Positions 48,468-61,215 of a DNA stretch of 64,000 bases are shown one piece after another. The notes under the pieces were generated by a model that worked only from the letters and a program-made list of their open reading frames with translations, had not been told where the DNA came from and did not search any database. Both the position numbers and the translations under genes were made by a program. Every line of letters begins with the position of its first letter. The first letter of the stretch is position 1. Source of the stretch: Nemertoderma westbladi (lineage: Eukaryota; Animalia; Xenacoelomorpha); assembly GCA_032718475.1 (NCBI GenBank), contig JAUCBJ010005609.1, positions 1-64,000 of the forward strand, in the 5' to 3' direction.

Positions 48468-49165
48468 CTAGCACTGCAGGGGTCACCGAGAAGGGTTTTA
48501 CTAGCGTTTCTTATTTTCTATTTATTCAGTTTTTACTGAAAGACCGCCCACGACTTCAATAAGGATTGACTTTATGCACAATATCACGACTTTCTCATGC
48601 ATTTGCAATCGATGCAATTTTTACAACGACAAAATGTATTCCTGCGGTTCCGAAATACTGAACGCTAAATGTTGAACAAATGTATGCTGAACTATAATAA
48701 AAAAATAATAAATAATAAATAATTTATAAATAATAATAAATAATAAATTAATAAATGCTGAACATTAAATGTTATTTGTGTTTTATCATTTTAAATATAC
48801 TAGAAGAGGCTAATTCTGTGTTAAAATGACTGGCCGGCCGGTGTATTGAAATATTGGGATTATTAATCTACATACAACATGTCGTAGTATAATATTAGTA
48901 AATGTTTTATGATACAGATATGCAGCTTTTGAAATCTGCAACTGCAAGGCAAGGTCATTAATATATAATTATTACATTTTGATATACAGAACAGAAATCA
49001 TTACAATAATCTTAGTTCATAAAGTTCAAAGTTCAATCAGAAGTGCTATATAAATTATTTGAATTAAATGAATCTCATTTTTATATTTTGTTAGGTAATC
49101 ACGATAAGAACCATCGTATTTGGTTAAACTTATAATATTATATTACCGGATAGATTTATCCTATA

Positions 49166-49373
49166 ATGAAAATAGAGTTATTAGTTTTGTTTTGGGCATT
49201 CGTTTTGTTTACATCATTCCACTTCGTTGTATCTCGCGACTGCAATTTAGGGTCATACTATAGAGATTCCTTAGAAAATTGTTTGTCTACAGAAATATGC
49301 AAGGCGACCGGAGACCAAGTGCAATGTTTGGCTCAGATGGGGAAACCACACCTCAAAAAGGAATGTGCTGCTG
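49166..49373 (+). CDS. Host gene, coding exon 1: signal peptide plus first Cys-rich repeat
   Basis: MKIELLVLFWAFVLFTSFHFVVS-RDCNLGSYYRDSLENCLSTEIC...KECAA; phase-1 donor G|GTTAGT; TATATAAA at ~49047. Confidence 0.7.
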
Positions 49374-50729
49374 GTTAGTTGTGCGTCGTGCTAACATAAA
49401 ATACCAAAGTCTTAGCCTCCAGGCACTATATACTGACTGTCTGATAGTCAGAGTGTAAAGCAATTTCAAATGACCTTCATTCTCTTAACTAAAAATGTGG
49501 TAGACATGAAAATAAACCCAAACATGTACAGATTCATATAAGATGACTGTCTGAAGGACAAGTTCAATGATAAGGTAGGGGATATATTTCTGGATGTCAA
49601 ATGATTGCTTATGTATGAATTACTATTCAATTAAGTAAATGTTCAGCGTTGTAGCTTTCAACTATAAAAAAGCTCTATTCATGTTGTCACAAAATTCAGT
49701 TGGAGGACTTAAAATAGCCAATAATTAGTACAATTGGAAAAATAATATTAAATAAATAACAAAATAATTATCCAAACATTTGCTTTTTAATTTGAAAATG
49801 AACTAATATTTAATGGAAATGTCTGGGATAATTATTAAATAGATTTTTAGCTCTCTATTATTATATATTATTAAGTAGAAGAACATCACCACAAGGTTGG
49901 CGTTCTACTAACTACAGTTTTAGTAACTGCTTTCATAAAGATGGACTAATCTACGAGATCGATAGGGGGCGTTAATAAGTTGGGAATGATGGAAAGTTGT
50001 TCAACAATTGTGTTGATGACGGATCACTGTTTTGTAGTTCACCATTTTGTATGGCACTGTGTAGTATATCACTATATATGCCCAGGGCGTGAAGATATTC
50101 GCAATCTGGGTGCGTTATGGGCTTCCGTAAGTAATGTATAATATTACATCCTTTATGTTATTAAGTGTGAAGTGAAGATGACACCCTATTCCTCATCGCC
50201 ATTGGGGATGTTAATATACATACAAACGATATCGGCTCTGGTTGGTGTGACCACAGTGCTGTCCAAGCTGCAGTGCACCAGTGGTTTTGTGGTGTGGTAT
50301 GATTCCCATAAAAGGAATTATTCCGTCTACCGTGATTTCTACTTCCTTTTGCCATTCTTGCATTCTATAAAACAACATCAATTAACATTATAAATCTATA
50401 TACTGTAATTACTGTATAATATCTTAAATACATGAATTCAGTGCATGAATTACACAGAAAGATAAATGGTGAACAAATTATAAAATAATCCATTTCAGCC
50501 CAGTTTATTAAACTTTATACTAATAAATAATTTCATCATTTAATTTATTTAAAATAATGTAAGCTGTATTATGTATGTATATATCATGTGCTGTGTATTA
50601 TGCTAGAAGTAGCAATTATGTAATGTTTCTCCTATTATTATTAGTCGAAATTAGTCATTAATTTTAAATCACTTGTTAAAGTGTACAAATTCCAATATTT
50701 CTAGTTTTTAATAATATTATTTCTTATAG

Positions 50730-50923
50730 ATGAAGTTTATGATAAAGTGCTTAGGGAATGTGTAGGCATTGATCTGTGTCTCATAGACCCCACTATATCA
50801 AAGGAATGTAAAGGGTTATTAAGTTGGCTCTATCAACCTCCATCTGGTAACAAGGGTTGTGCAAGGGACGAGTTCTACGATCGCCAGTTAGATATGTGCA
50901 TTAACCATATGATGTGCTTAGAG
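50730..50923 (+). CDS. Host gene, coding exon 2: two more Cys-rich repeats
   Basis: Acceptor TTTCTTATAG| and donor GAG|GTAAGC. The phase matches exon 1, giving CAADEVYDKVLRECVGIDLC...CARDEFYDRQLDMCINHMMCLE. Confidence 0.72.
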
Positions 50924-52725
50924 GTAAGCTGTCTATTTATATTTTATGTAAGTTCTAGAACATTTTATTTATTCTAAAAAATCTAGTAGTCTTAAAAACG
51001 TAAAATAACAATTTTAAGATGTGCATCAATTGTAGCCTTATATACTTCAAATCGATCGACAAGAAAAAATTACATTTTCGGAGAACCCTTCGATTTCACT
51101 CTCAGCGTTTCAAAATTGATTGGTTTTGGCTATAATTTGGAATATAGGTGCCTAATATGCTATTCTACATGACAGGACAGAAAATTTTATTTTTATTTTA
51201 TTTAAATTATTATATTTATTTTATTTTTTTAATTATGTATTTAATATTAGTTAATGCTAGTTAACAATAAAAAAACTTGGTTCCGCTTAAAACCCTGAGG
51301 CTTTATCTAGATCTGATCTAGATGCGGTGATCTAAATCTGCAACAGTTCCCATTTTCAGATAAAAAAACCTCAGTTACTTTTTTTTGGACCATTTTGGTC
51401 ACGCTCACGCAAATGATTCATATGCACTGATGAACCACCCAAAATTACCAATCTAACTGAAATACATAGAAGAATATGAGTGGAAGTGGGAACACATCGG
51501 GTTAACGGCCCACATTTGCCAATTTATATGCCATTAAATTAATCGTTTACCGAGTGTCACGTATGCGACAAAAAATCGGACCACGTAATTGTTTTTTTGT
51601 ATTTCTGATATCTCCAATTTATTACAAAGCTACGTTTATATGTTCACAGGAATTATACAAATCAGGGATATTAATCGTTTAGCACCCGAATTGTAATTTT
51701 AATGGCCAAAATAAGACCGTGATCACAATCATAAAATTTGAAATTTGTCGCTTAATTGACGATTTTTTTTTATAGCTTTTTCTATAACAAACTGTGGTTG
51801 GAGTGTATCACAAGCAGGAGGGGACCGATCATTGGTATTCGGCAATCAAATTATCAAAGCCATCCGACCATTTATTCTCGAATGATTTACATTTTTGCAT
51901 ATTTTTAGTCCCGTACGTGACTTGGTCAATATGGTTGGCATTGACCCATTGTAATAGGACAAGCAACACTACTCTAGCAATTCTTAACCCATTTTTTGTT
52001 ATTTTCGCTCCATACCCTATGATATGCCTATGTAATTTCATAAGCTCGATAAATTTCAGGCAGTTTTTTTCTATTTCATAATATTATTAATATAATTTTG
52101 TGTTTATTCAAAAATATTATTAGGTTATTTACAAATTAAAAAACCACATGGGGGGGGGGGGGGGGGGTGGGTTGTGCCCCCACCCCCCTTAATGAGTGCA
52201 CTAAATGTACACAATGCAAAAACACCGCAACTGACAGACTTGAGGTGTTTTGCCATTGTGACATTTGTTTTTGCATTGTATCGAATGTATTGACATACAG
52301 ATTGTACAATGCGAAAACACCGTAAGTACAAAAAATAATCCCGAAGTCAAAATATTAATGGAAAGCGAAAAATAATCAAGTGGAAAAATTTCCCACCCCA
52401 AATTGCGTAGGGTTATATAGTAAGTAATTAGTAATTTACGGACATTTTAAACCAACAATCTTAAAGCAAACAGTATTTTGCGTTTTACTCGAAATTACTT
52501 TTCGTGACTTGCGGTTGTTTCCCATTGCACGGCGGATATGGGCGGCATGCAGTACGTGTACTAATTTACTGTATAATGTATATTAAGCGTTAGTGAGGCT
52601 GAGCCCAACCAATTACTAATATTATTGGCAAAAAGTAGTCCGTTAGCTCAGCATGTACAGTAGACATACTGTAGTCATAAAATGATAGTTCTCCTTTAGA
52701 CTTTATCATATTCTTAATATTAATG

Positions 52726-54482
52726 CCCGATAAAAACCGAACAACCAACAAACGAAAACATTAACAAGGTTGAGAAAGCTAAGGACGATCTTAAATTTGC
52801 CTGCCAGGAGAAGTACATACAGGATAAAACTGAAGCAATTACAACAGCTCACATACAACAACAATCAAGACTTACCTGGCAAACTGTGAATGAGGTATCT
52901 GGTCGGAAAAGTTGTGCAAAGGGGCGCCTCAAAGCCGATAGTCCTGAAGAATGTGTTGGGAAGTGGAAAAATCACTTCAGCAACTTGCTTGGCAGCCACC
53001 AAACATCGAGGTCAGCCCTACAAGGAAAATATATGACAAGACACTACCAATAGAAACAGGGGACTTCACACCTGCCTAACTCCAAAGAAGCATTAAAAGC
53101 ATGTCCAATAATAAAGCGAGTGGATTAGATGAAATCCCAGTGGAGGTATGGAAAACCGGAGTGCTAAACAGACCATTATTGAATGTTTGCAACCGGATGT
53201 TAAAAGGGGAAAAGCCACCACCAATTTGGACTAAAGGTCAACTAAAGCCTCTCCCCAAGAAAGGAGACCTCGCCTTACCAACAAACTATCGTGGGATCTG
53301 TCTGCTTGTGGTAGCTGCCAAAATATACAATAAAATGATTCTATATAGGATTAGAGAAACACATAGAGAAACTACTGCGTAAGAGCGAAAATGGATTTCG
53401 ACCAAGTAGATCAACAATAGCTCAGATACTTTGCACTACGGAGACTACGGAGAGGTAAAATGCTTGAAATCCTAAGGAATACCAGAAGTTTGTTGCTGGC
53501 ATAGGACTGTTATATTGTGACACAGAAGCGCAGGTACTCTCACCAAATGGTGAAACTGAGTTTTTCTCAATCCTGGCTGACGTACTGCAAGGTGACACAT
53601 TAGCACCATTACTATTTGTAATTGTGTTGGATTACGCAATGAGGACGGCCACAAAGGGTGAAGATCTGGGATTCACATTTCAAGAACGCAGAAGTAGTAG
53701 ATATCCGGCAACTACAGTCACAGACACAGACTTTTGCGGATGGCATCGCCCTGCTCTCTAATACGCTAGCAGATGCACAGCATCTACTAAATAAAGTGGA
53801 GAGGGCTGCTAAGGAGGTTGGATTGCATATAAATGCTACAAAGACCGAATTCATGACCTTTAATGCTGATGGAAACTTGACAACCATTGATAATAATCAA
53901 CTAAGGAAGGTCGATGACTTCCAGTACCTTGGATCATGGATAGAGAGTAGCAAAAAGGACATAGAAGTTAGGAAAGCAAAGGCTTATGTAGCTCTTCCAA
54001 AAATGGATACCATCTGGAAATCAGATCTCTCCAGGCACCTGAAGACTAAGTTCTTTCGAGCCACAGTGGAAAGTGTATTTTTATATGGGGGTGAGACCTG
54101 GATACTGACTAAATCACTTGAACAACGAATTGATGGTTGCTACACAAGACTACTAAGGGCATCCCTAAACATCAGCTGGAGACAACACGTGACAAACGCC
54201 GAGCTTTATGGTACAATACCACCTGTATCAACCACCCTCCGTGAACGCAGATTAAGATTCAGTGGGCACTGCTGGCGAAGTAAAGACGAGGTCATACCAG
54301 ATCTACTTTTCTGGCAACCAACTCATGGAAAGCGTAGTCGTGGACGACCGGCCATAACATATATAGATCAACTTGAAAGAGATACTGAACTTGGGAGAAA
54401 CGAAATTGCGACAACTATGGAGAATCGGGATGCCTGGAAGGATCTCATTTCCACTGTCTGAGTTCGCTCGACCTAGTAGTAG
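52726..54482 (+). mobile_element. 5'-truncated RTE-clade LINE (RT pseudogene), copy 1
   Basis: KASGLDEIP.EVWK, PLPKKGDL...NYRGICL, LQGDTLAP, FQYLGS, RLRFSGHCWR; (TAG)n tail; 11-bp TSD TAATATTAATG (52715-52725 and 54483-54493). Confidence 0.92.
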
Positions 54483-54537
54483 TAATATTAATGAATATGA
54501 TACAAACTATGAAAACATTGTATTGTATTCCATTGTA

Positions 54538-55245
54538 CAGTACAGGCCACCAGAAAAAGCAGATTTCATCCAATGTGATCACATGTGAACACATTTGTTC
54601 AAGTCATCTGATTGGCAGGTTATGGCAAGTTATCCTCTAGATCACACAGCAGGAGGCTAACTTGCTGGGACCGACAAAGGCTTTGTGTGTGGTGCGCCTG
54701 TATGTCTGATATCAGGTAGATGAGAGAGCCCCCAGGGCGTAACATTGCGGACATGGGCTGTATTGGTAGAGAGAGAACTACATACAAGTCCACATGGAGG
54801 TTCATGGAGTGTATGGGAGTGGATGGGTATATGTATGGAGGAGCCTAGACCATTGAATAATTAATTTAGTGCAGGGAGATGTCGCGCCATTAGTCTGACA
54901 CCGAGAGGGCACAGAGAAACACCAGAAGATGCCTTAACATCTCTAACTATAGGCCTGCCTACTAGACACTATTAACCGCACACTATAAAGGTAAACAATA
55001 TCCTTATCGCATTTCCAGCTGCAGTGAGTGACAGTTAGCGGCAAACTACAGAGAGTTTCCAGGTTACTAAGTGTTCCAAAAGTATTCAATTGTATCCTTT
55101 GGCGAAAAAATTTTGGTTGTTGCCAATTCAATTATGTTCAATTATGTTCAATTGTCCCGTTCAACAACATTGCATTACACTGGTACACATTTGATAAAAT
55201 GTGTTCACAATTGTACAAATCTGCGTTTTCTGGTGGCCTGTACTG
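54538..55245. mobile_element. Tc1/mariner-type MITE (708 bp), ~29-bp TIRs, TA TSD
   Basis: TA|CAGTACAGGCCACCAGAAAAAGCAGATTT ... AAATCTGCGTTTTCTGGTGGCCTGTACTG|TA. The empty site CATTGTATTTGCTT is present in duplication copy 2 at ~60030. Confidence 0.92.
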
Positions 55246-56508
55246 TATTTGCTTACGTTTCAATTTGCTTGAATTAAAAGAAAATTTATTTTGATGTTTT
55301 TTTTTGAAAATTTACATTTATTATAAATTTTGTCAACAATTCGTTGAAATGGAAATCCGGCCAAAAATTGAAATCCGGCTGGAACCTGATTTTTTCTCAA
55401 AATCCGGCCGGAATTCCGGCCCGGCGGGTTATCCGGCACACCCATAATTATTTGTATGTATTTAATTTCGCCAACAATTCTTCGATTTATCACACCCAGC
55501 GTTTCCAAATTGTTGGTTTTGGCTATTTTGGAAAAAAGTATCTAAGATGCTATTCTACTTGATAGGTCAGAAAAATTTTATTTTTCGCTATTTAGTATTA
55601 GTTAATACTAGTTAACAATAAAAAAAACTTGGTTGCGCTTAAAACCCTAAGGCTTTTACAGTTTTGAATCTAATCATATAAGTTTTTTATATGATAGATC
55701 AAAGATGGGGCAACATATCAATCAGGAGAAATTTTATGAAAATAATTCTGCACCGCTAGGTGGCGCTGCAAATTTATGCTATTATTTTAGGTTTGTTATA
55801 AATAGTATTAAATCTCGTAATTTGATGCAGGATAGCTATGTAGACACCCACAGCAATTTTTAGACTAATTGGTCAAAAATTGTAGAACAAGTAGGATTTT
55901 GAATTTGACAATTTCATAAAAAAAATATTTGGAGATAATCGACATTTCATTATACATTGTAATAGTAATTTCAATAGGAATCCCTAAATGGAAAATGTTA
56001 TAACTTGAAAACTAAAAGAACTATTAAATCGCGGTTCTCAGATTTGGAAACACTTAAATCGTGCATTATAATAGATCATAAAAAAATTATACATATTTTG
56101 GACCATAATGGTGTACCCCCCCCCCCCCCCCCCCCCGTAAACTGTTGGAGCTTTGGTAGTGCCATAGTGCCAACAGGCTAAAGGAAAATATTAGCAGTGT
56201 TACTGTTACACGATTATACAGGTTAGTAAAGGAACATGTTACAAAAACGGATGGATGGAACCTTACTCTTAAATAATTCATTTTAAAGGATTATTCCAAT
56301 AAATTTTTATTAGCGTGGGCGATTACGTTCATTAAAATCGAACAGTCTGAAGTGTGCTCGGTGTGCACAGTGTGGTCAGTGATTGATTAACACAATCATC
56401 TCACATAATTAATTTATCGGATGCATGACTGAAGAAGTGCTGAACGAGGTAAGACAGTAATAAGTATTAAGACATTAAGTATTAAGTATTAAGACAATAA
56501 GACAGTAA

Positions 56509-59500
56509 TTTCACTCTCAGCGTTTCAAAATTGATTGGTTTTGCTATAATTTGGAATATAGGTGCCTAAGATGCTATTCTACATGACAGGACAGAAAATT
56601 TTATTTTTATTTTATTTAAATTATTATATTTATTTTATTTTTTTAATTATGTATTTAATATTAGTTAATGCTAGTTAACAATAAAAAAAACTTGGTTCCG
56701 CTTAAAACCCTGAGGCTTTGTCTAGATCTGATCTAGATGCGGTGATCTAAATCTGCAACAGTTCCCATTTTCAGATAAAAAAACCTCAGTTACTTTTTTT
56801 TGGACCATTTTGGTCACGCTCACGCAAATGATTCATATGCACTGATGAACCACCCAAAATTGCCAATCTAACTGAAATACATAGAAGAATATGAGTGGAA
56901 GTGGGAACACATCGGGTTAACGGCCCACATTTGCCAATTTATATGCCATTCAATTAATCATTTACCGAGTGTCACATATGCGACAAAAAATCGGACCACG
57001 TAATTGTTTTTTTGTATTTCTGATATCTCCAATTTATTACAAAGCTACGTTTATATGTTCACAGGAATTATACAAATCAGGGATATTAATCGTTTAGCAC
57101 CCGAATTGTAATTTTAATGGCCAAAATAAGACCGTGATCACAATCATAAAATTTGAAATTTGTCGCTTAATTGACGATTTTTTTTATAGCTTTTTCTATA
57201 ACAAACTGTGGTTGGAGTGTATCACAAGCAGGAGGGGACCGATCATTGGTATTTGGCAATCAAATTATCAAAGCCATCCGACCATTTATTATCGAATGAT
57301 TTACATTTTTGTATATTTTTAGTCCCGTACGTGACTTGGTCAATATGGTTGGCATTGACCCATTGTAATAGGACAAGCAACACTACTCTAGCAATTCTTA
57401 ACCCATTTTTTGTTATTTTCGCTCCATACCCTATGATATGCCTATGTAATTTCATAAGCTCGATAAATTTCAGGCGGTTTTTTTCTATTTCATAATATTA
57501 TTAATATAATTTTGTGTTTATTCAAAAATATTATTAGGTTATTTACAAATTAAAAAACCACATGGGGGGGGGGGGGGGGGTGGGTTGTGCCCCCACCCCC
57601 CTTAATGAGTGCACTAAATGTACACAATGCAAAAACATCGCAACTGACAGACTTGCGGTGTTTCGCCATTGTGACATTTGTTTTTGCATTTTATCGAATG
57701 TATTTACATGCAGGTTGTACATTGTACAATGCGAAAACACCGTAAGTACAAAAAATAATCCTGAAGTCAAAATATTAATGGATAGTGAAAAATAATCACG
57801 TGGAAAAATTTCCCACCCCAAATTGCGTAGGGTTATATAGTAAGTAATTAGTAATTTACGGACATTTTAAACCAACAATCTTAAAGCAAACAGTATTTTG
57901 CGTTTTACTCGAAATTACTTTTCGTGACTTGCGGTTGTTTCCCATTGCACGGCGGATATGGGCGGCATGCAGTACGTGTACTAATTTACTGTATAATGTA
58001 TATTAAGCGTTAGTGAGGCTGAGCCCAACCAATTACTAATATTATTGGCAAAAAGTAGTCCGTTAGCTCAACATGTACAGTAGATATACTGTAGTCATAA
58101 AATGATCTCCTTTAGACTTTATCATATTCATAATATTAATGCCCGATAAAAACCGAACAACCAACAACCGAAAACATTAACAAGATTGAGAAAGCTAAGG
58201 ACGATCTTAAATTGGCCTACAACATCAGCCATGAGAAGTACATACAGGATAAAACTGAAGCAATTACAACTGCTCACATACAGCAACAATCAAGACTTAC
58301 CTGGCAAACTGTAAATGAGGCATCTGGTCGGAAAAGTTGTGCAAAGGGGCGCCTCAAAGCCGATAGTCCTGAAGAACGTGTTGGGAAGTGGAAAAATCAC
58401 TTCAGCAACTTGCTTGGGCAGCCACCAAACATCGAGGTCGGCCCTACAAGGAAAATATATGACAAGACACTACCAATAGAAACAGGGGACTTCACACCTG
58501 CCGAACTCCAAAGAAGCATTAAAAGCATATCCAATAATAAAGCGAGTGGATTAGATGAAATCCCAGCGGAGGTATGGAAAACCGGAGTGCTAAACAGACC
58601 ATTATTGAATGTTTGCAACCGGATGTTAAAAGGGGAAAAGCCACCACCAATTTGGACTAAAGGTCAACTAAAGCCTCTCCCCAAGAAAGGAGACCTCGTC
58701 TTACCAACAAACTATCGTGGGATCTGTCTGCTTGTGGTAGCTGCCAAAATATACAATAAAATGATTCTATATAGGATTAGGCCTCACATAGAGAAACTAC
58801 TGCGTAAGAGCCAAAACGGATTTCGACCAAGTAGATCAACAATAGCTCAGATACTTGCACTACGGAGACGATTGAAGGAATTAAGTCAAAGAATCTCCCC
58901 GCAGTCATGACTTTTGTGGACTTCAAGAAAGCATTCGACTCCATCCATAGAGGTAAATGTTTGAAATCCTAAGGAATACCAGAAGTAATTGTTGCTGGCA
59001 TTGGATTGTTATATTGCGACACAGAAGCGCAGGTACTCTCACCAGATGGTGAAACTGAGTTTTTATCAATCCTGGCTGGCGTACTGCAAGGTGACACATT
59101 AGCACCATTACTATTTGTAATTGTGCTGGATTACGTAATGAGGACGGCCACAAAGGGTGAAGATCTGGGATTCACACTTCAAGAACGCAGAAGTAGTAGA
59201 TATCCGGCAACTACAGTCACAGACACCGACTTTTGTGGATGACATCGCCCTGCTCTCTAATAAGCTAGCAGATGCACAGCTTCTACTAAATAAAGTGGAG
59301 AGGGCTGCTAAGGAGGTTGGATTGCATATAAATGCTACAAAGACCGAATTCATGACCTTTAATGTTGATGGAAACTTGACAACCATTGATAATAATCAAC
59401 TAAGGAAGGTCGATGACTTCCAGTACCTTGGATCATGGATAGAGAGTAGCAAAAAGGACATAGAAGTTAGGAAAGCAAAGGCTTATGTAGCTCTATCAAA

Positions 59501-61215
59501 AATGGATACCATCTGGAAATCAGATCTCTCCATGCACCTGAAGACTAAGTTCTTTCGAGCCACAGTGGAAAGTGTATTTTTATATGGGGGTGAGACCTGG
59601 ATACTGACTAAATCACTTGAACAACGAATTGATGGTTGCTACACAAGACTACTAAGGGCAGCCCTAAACATCAGCTGGAGACAACACATGACAAACGCCG
59701 AGCTTTATGGTACAATACCACCTGTATCAACCACCCTCTGTGAACGCAGATTAAGATTCAGTGGGCACTGCTGGCGAAGTAAAGACGAGGTCATACCAGA
59801 TCTACTTCTCTGGCAATCAACTCATGGAAAGCGTAGTCGTGGACGACCGGCCATAACATATATAGATCAACTTGAAAGGGATACTGAACTTGGGAGAAAC
59901 GAAATTGCGACAACTATGGAGAATCGGGAAGCCTGGAAGGATCTCATTTCCACTGTCCGAGTTCGCTCGACCTAGTAGTAGTAATATTAATGAATATGAT
60001 ACAAACTATGAAAACATTGTATTGTATTCCATTGTATTTGCTTTGAAAATTTACATTCATTATAAATTTTGTAAATAATTCGTTGAAATAGAAATCTGGC
60101 CAAAAATTGAAATCCGGCCTGAACCTGATTTTTTCTCAAAATCCGGCCGGAATTCCGGCCCGGCGGGTTATCTGGCACACCCATAATTATTTGTATGTAT
60201 TTAATTTCGTCAACAATTCTTCGATTTATCACACCCAGCTTTTCCAAATTGTTGGTTTTGGCTATAATTTGGAAAAAAGTATCTAAGATGCTATTCTACT
60301 AGATCACTAGGTCTACTAGGTCAGAAAAATTTTATTTTTCGCTATTTAATATTAGTTAATACTAGTTAATAATAAAAAAACTTGGTTGCGCTTATAACCT
60401 TAAGACTTTTACAGTTTTGAATCTAATCATATAAGTTTTTTTATATGATAGATCAAAGATGGGGCAACATAACTTTCATGCGAAATTTTGTGAAAATAAT
60501 TCTGCACCGCTAGGTGGCGCTGCAAATTTATGCTATTATTTTAGGTTTGTTATAAATAGTATTAAATTTTATTTGATGCAGGATAGCTATGTAGACACCC
60601 ACAGCAATTTTCAGACTAATTGGTCAAAAATTGTAGAACAAGTAGGATTTTGAATTTGACAATTTCATAAAAAAAATATTTGGAGATAATCGACATTTCA
60701 TTATACATAGTAATAGTAATTTCAATAGGTCTCCCTAAATGGAAAATGTTATAACTTGAAAACTAAAAGAAATATTAAATAGCGGTTTTCAGATTTGGAA
60801 ACACCATTAAATCGTGCATTATAATAGATCATAAAAAATTATACATATTTTGGACCATAATGGTGTACCCCCCCCCCCCCCCCCCGTAAACTGTTGGAGC
60901 TCTGGTAGTGCCATAGTGCCAACAGGCTAACGGAAAATATTAGGAGTGTTACTGTTACACGATTATACAGGTTAGTAAAGGAACATGTTACAGAAACGGA
61001 TGGATGGAACCTTACTCTTAAATAATTCATGTTAAAGTATTATTCCAATAAATTTTTATTAGCGTGGGCGATTACGTTCATTAAAATCGAACAGTCTGAA
61101 GTGTGCTCGGTGTGCACAGTGTGCTCGGTGATTCATTAACACAATCATCTCACATAATTAATTTATCGGATGCATGACTGAAGAAGTGCTGAACGAGGTA
61201 AGACAGTAATAAGTA
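56509..61215 (+). repeat. Tandem segmental duplication, copy 2
   Basis: Collinear with copy 1 but lacks the MITE. Confidence 0.95.
58142..59981 (+). mobile_element. 5'-truncated RTE-clade LINE, copy 2
   Basis: Same element and TSD (58131-58141 and 59982-59992). It keeps the FVDFKKAFDS segment deleted in copy 1 and shares the frameshift at the FxDD motif. Confidence 0.92.

Larger units (their letters stand above)
51094..56465 (+). repeat. Tandem segmental duplication, copy 1
   Basis: Begins TTTCACTCTCAGCGTTTCAAAATTG and ends GAGGTAAGACAGTAATAAGTA; collinear with 56509-61215. Confidence 0.95.

Noticed and set aside
56425-56460. CTGAAGA as a second hammerhead core (also ~61177, and GCGTTTCGG at ~38864)
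   Set aside because: No helix II plus GAAA arrangement; the core is incomplete.
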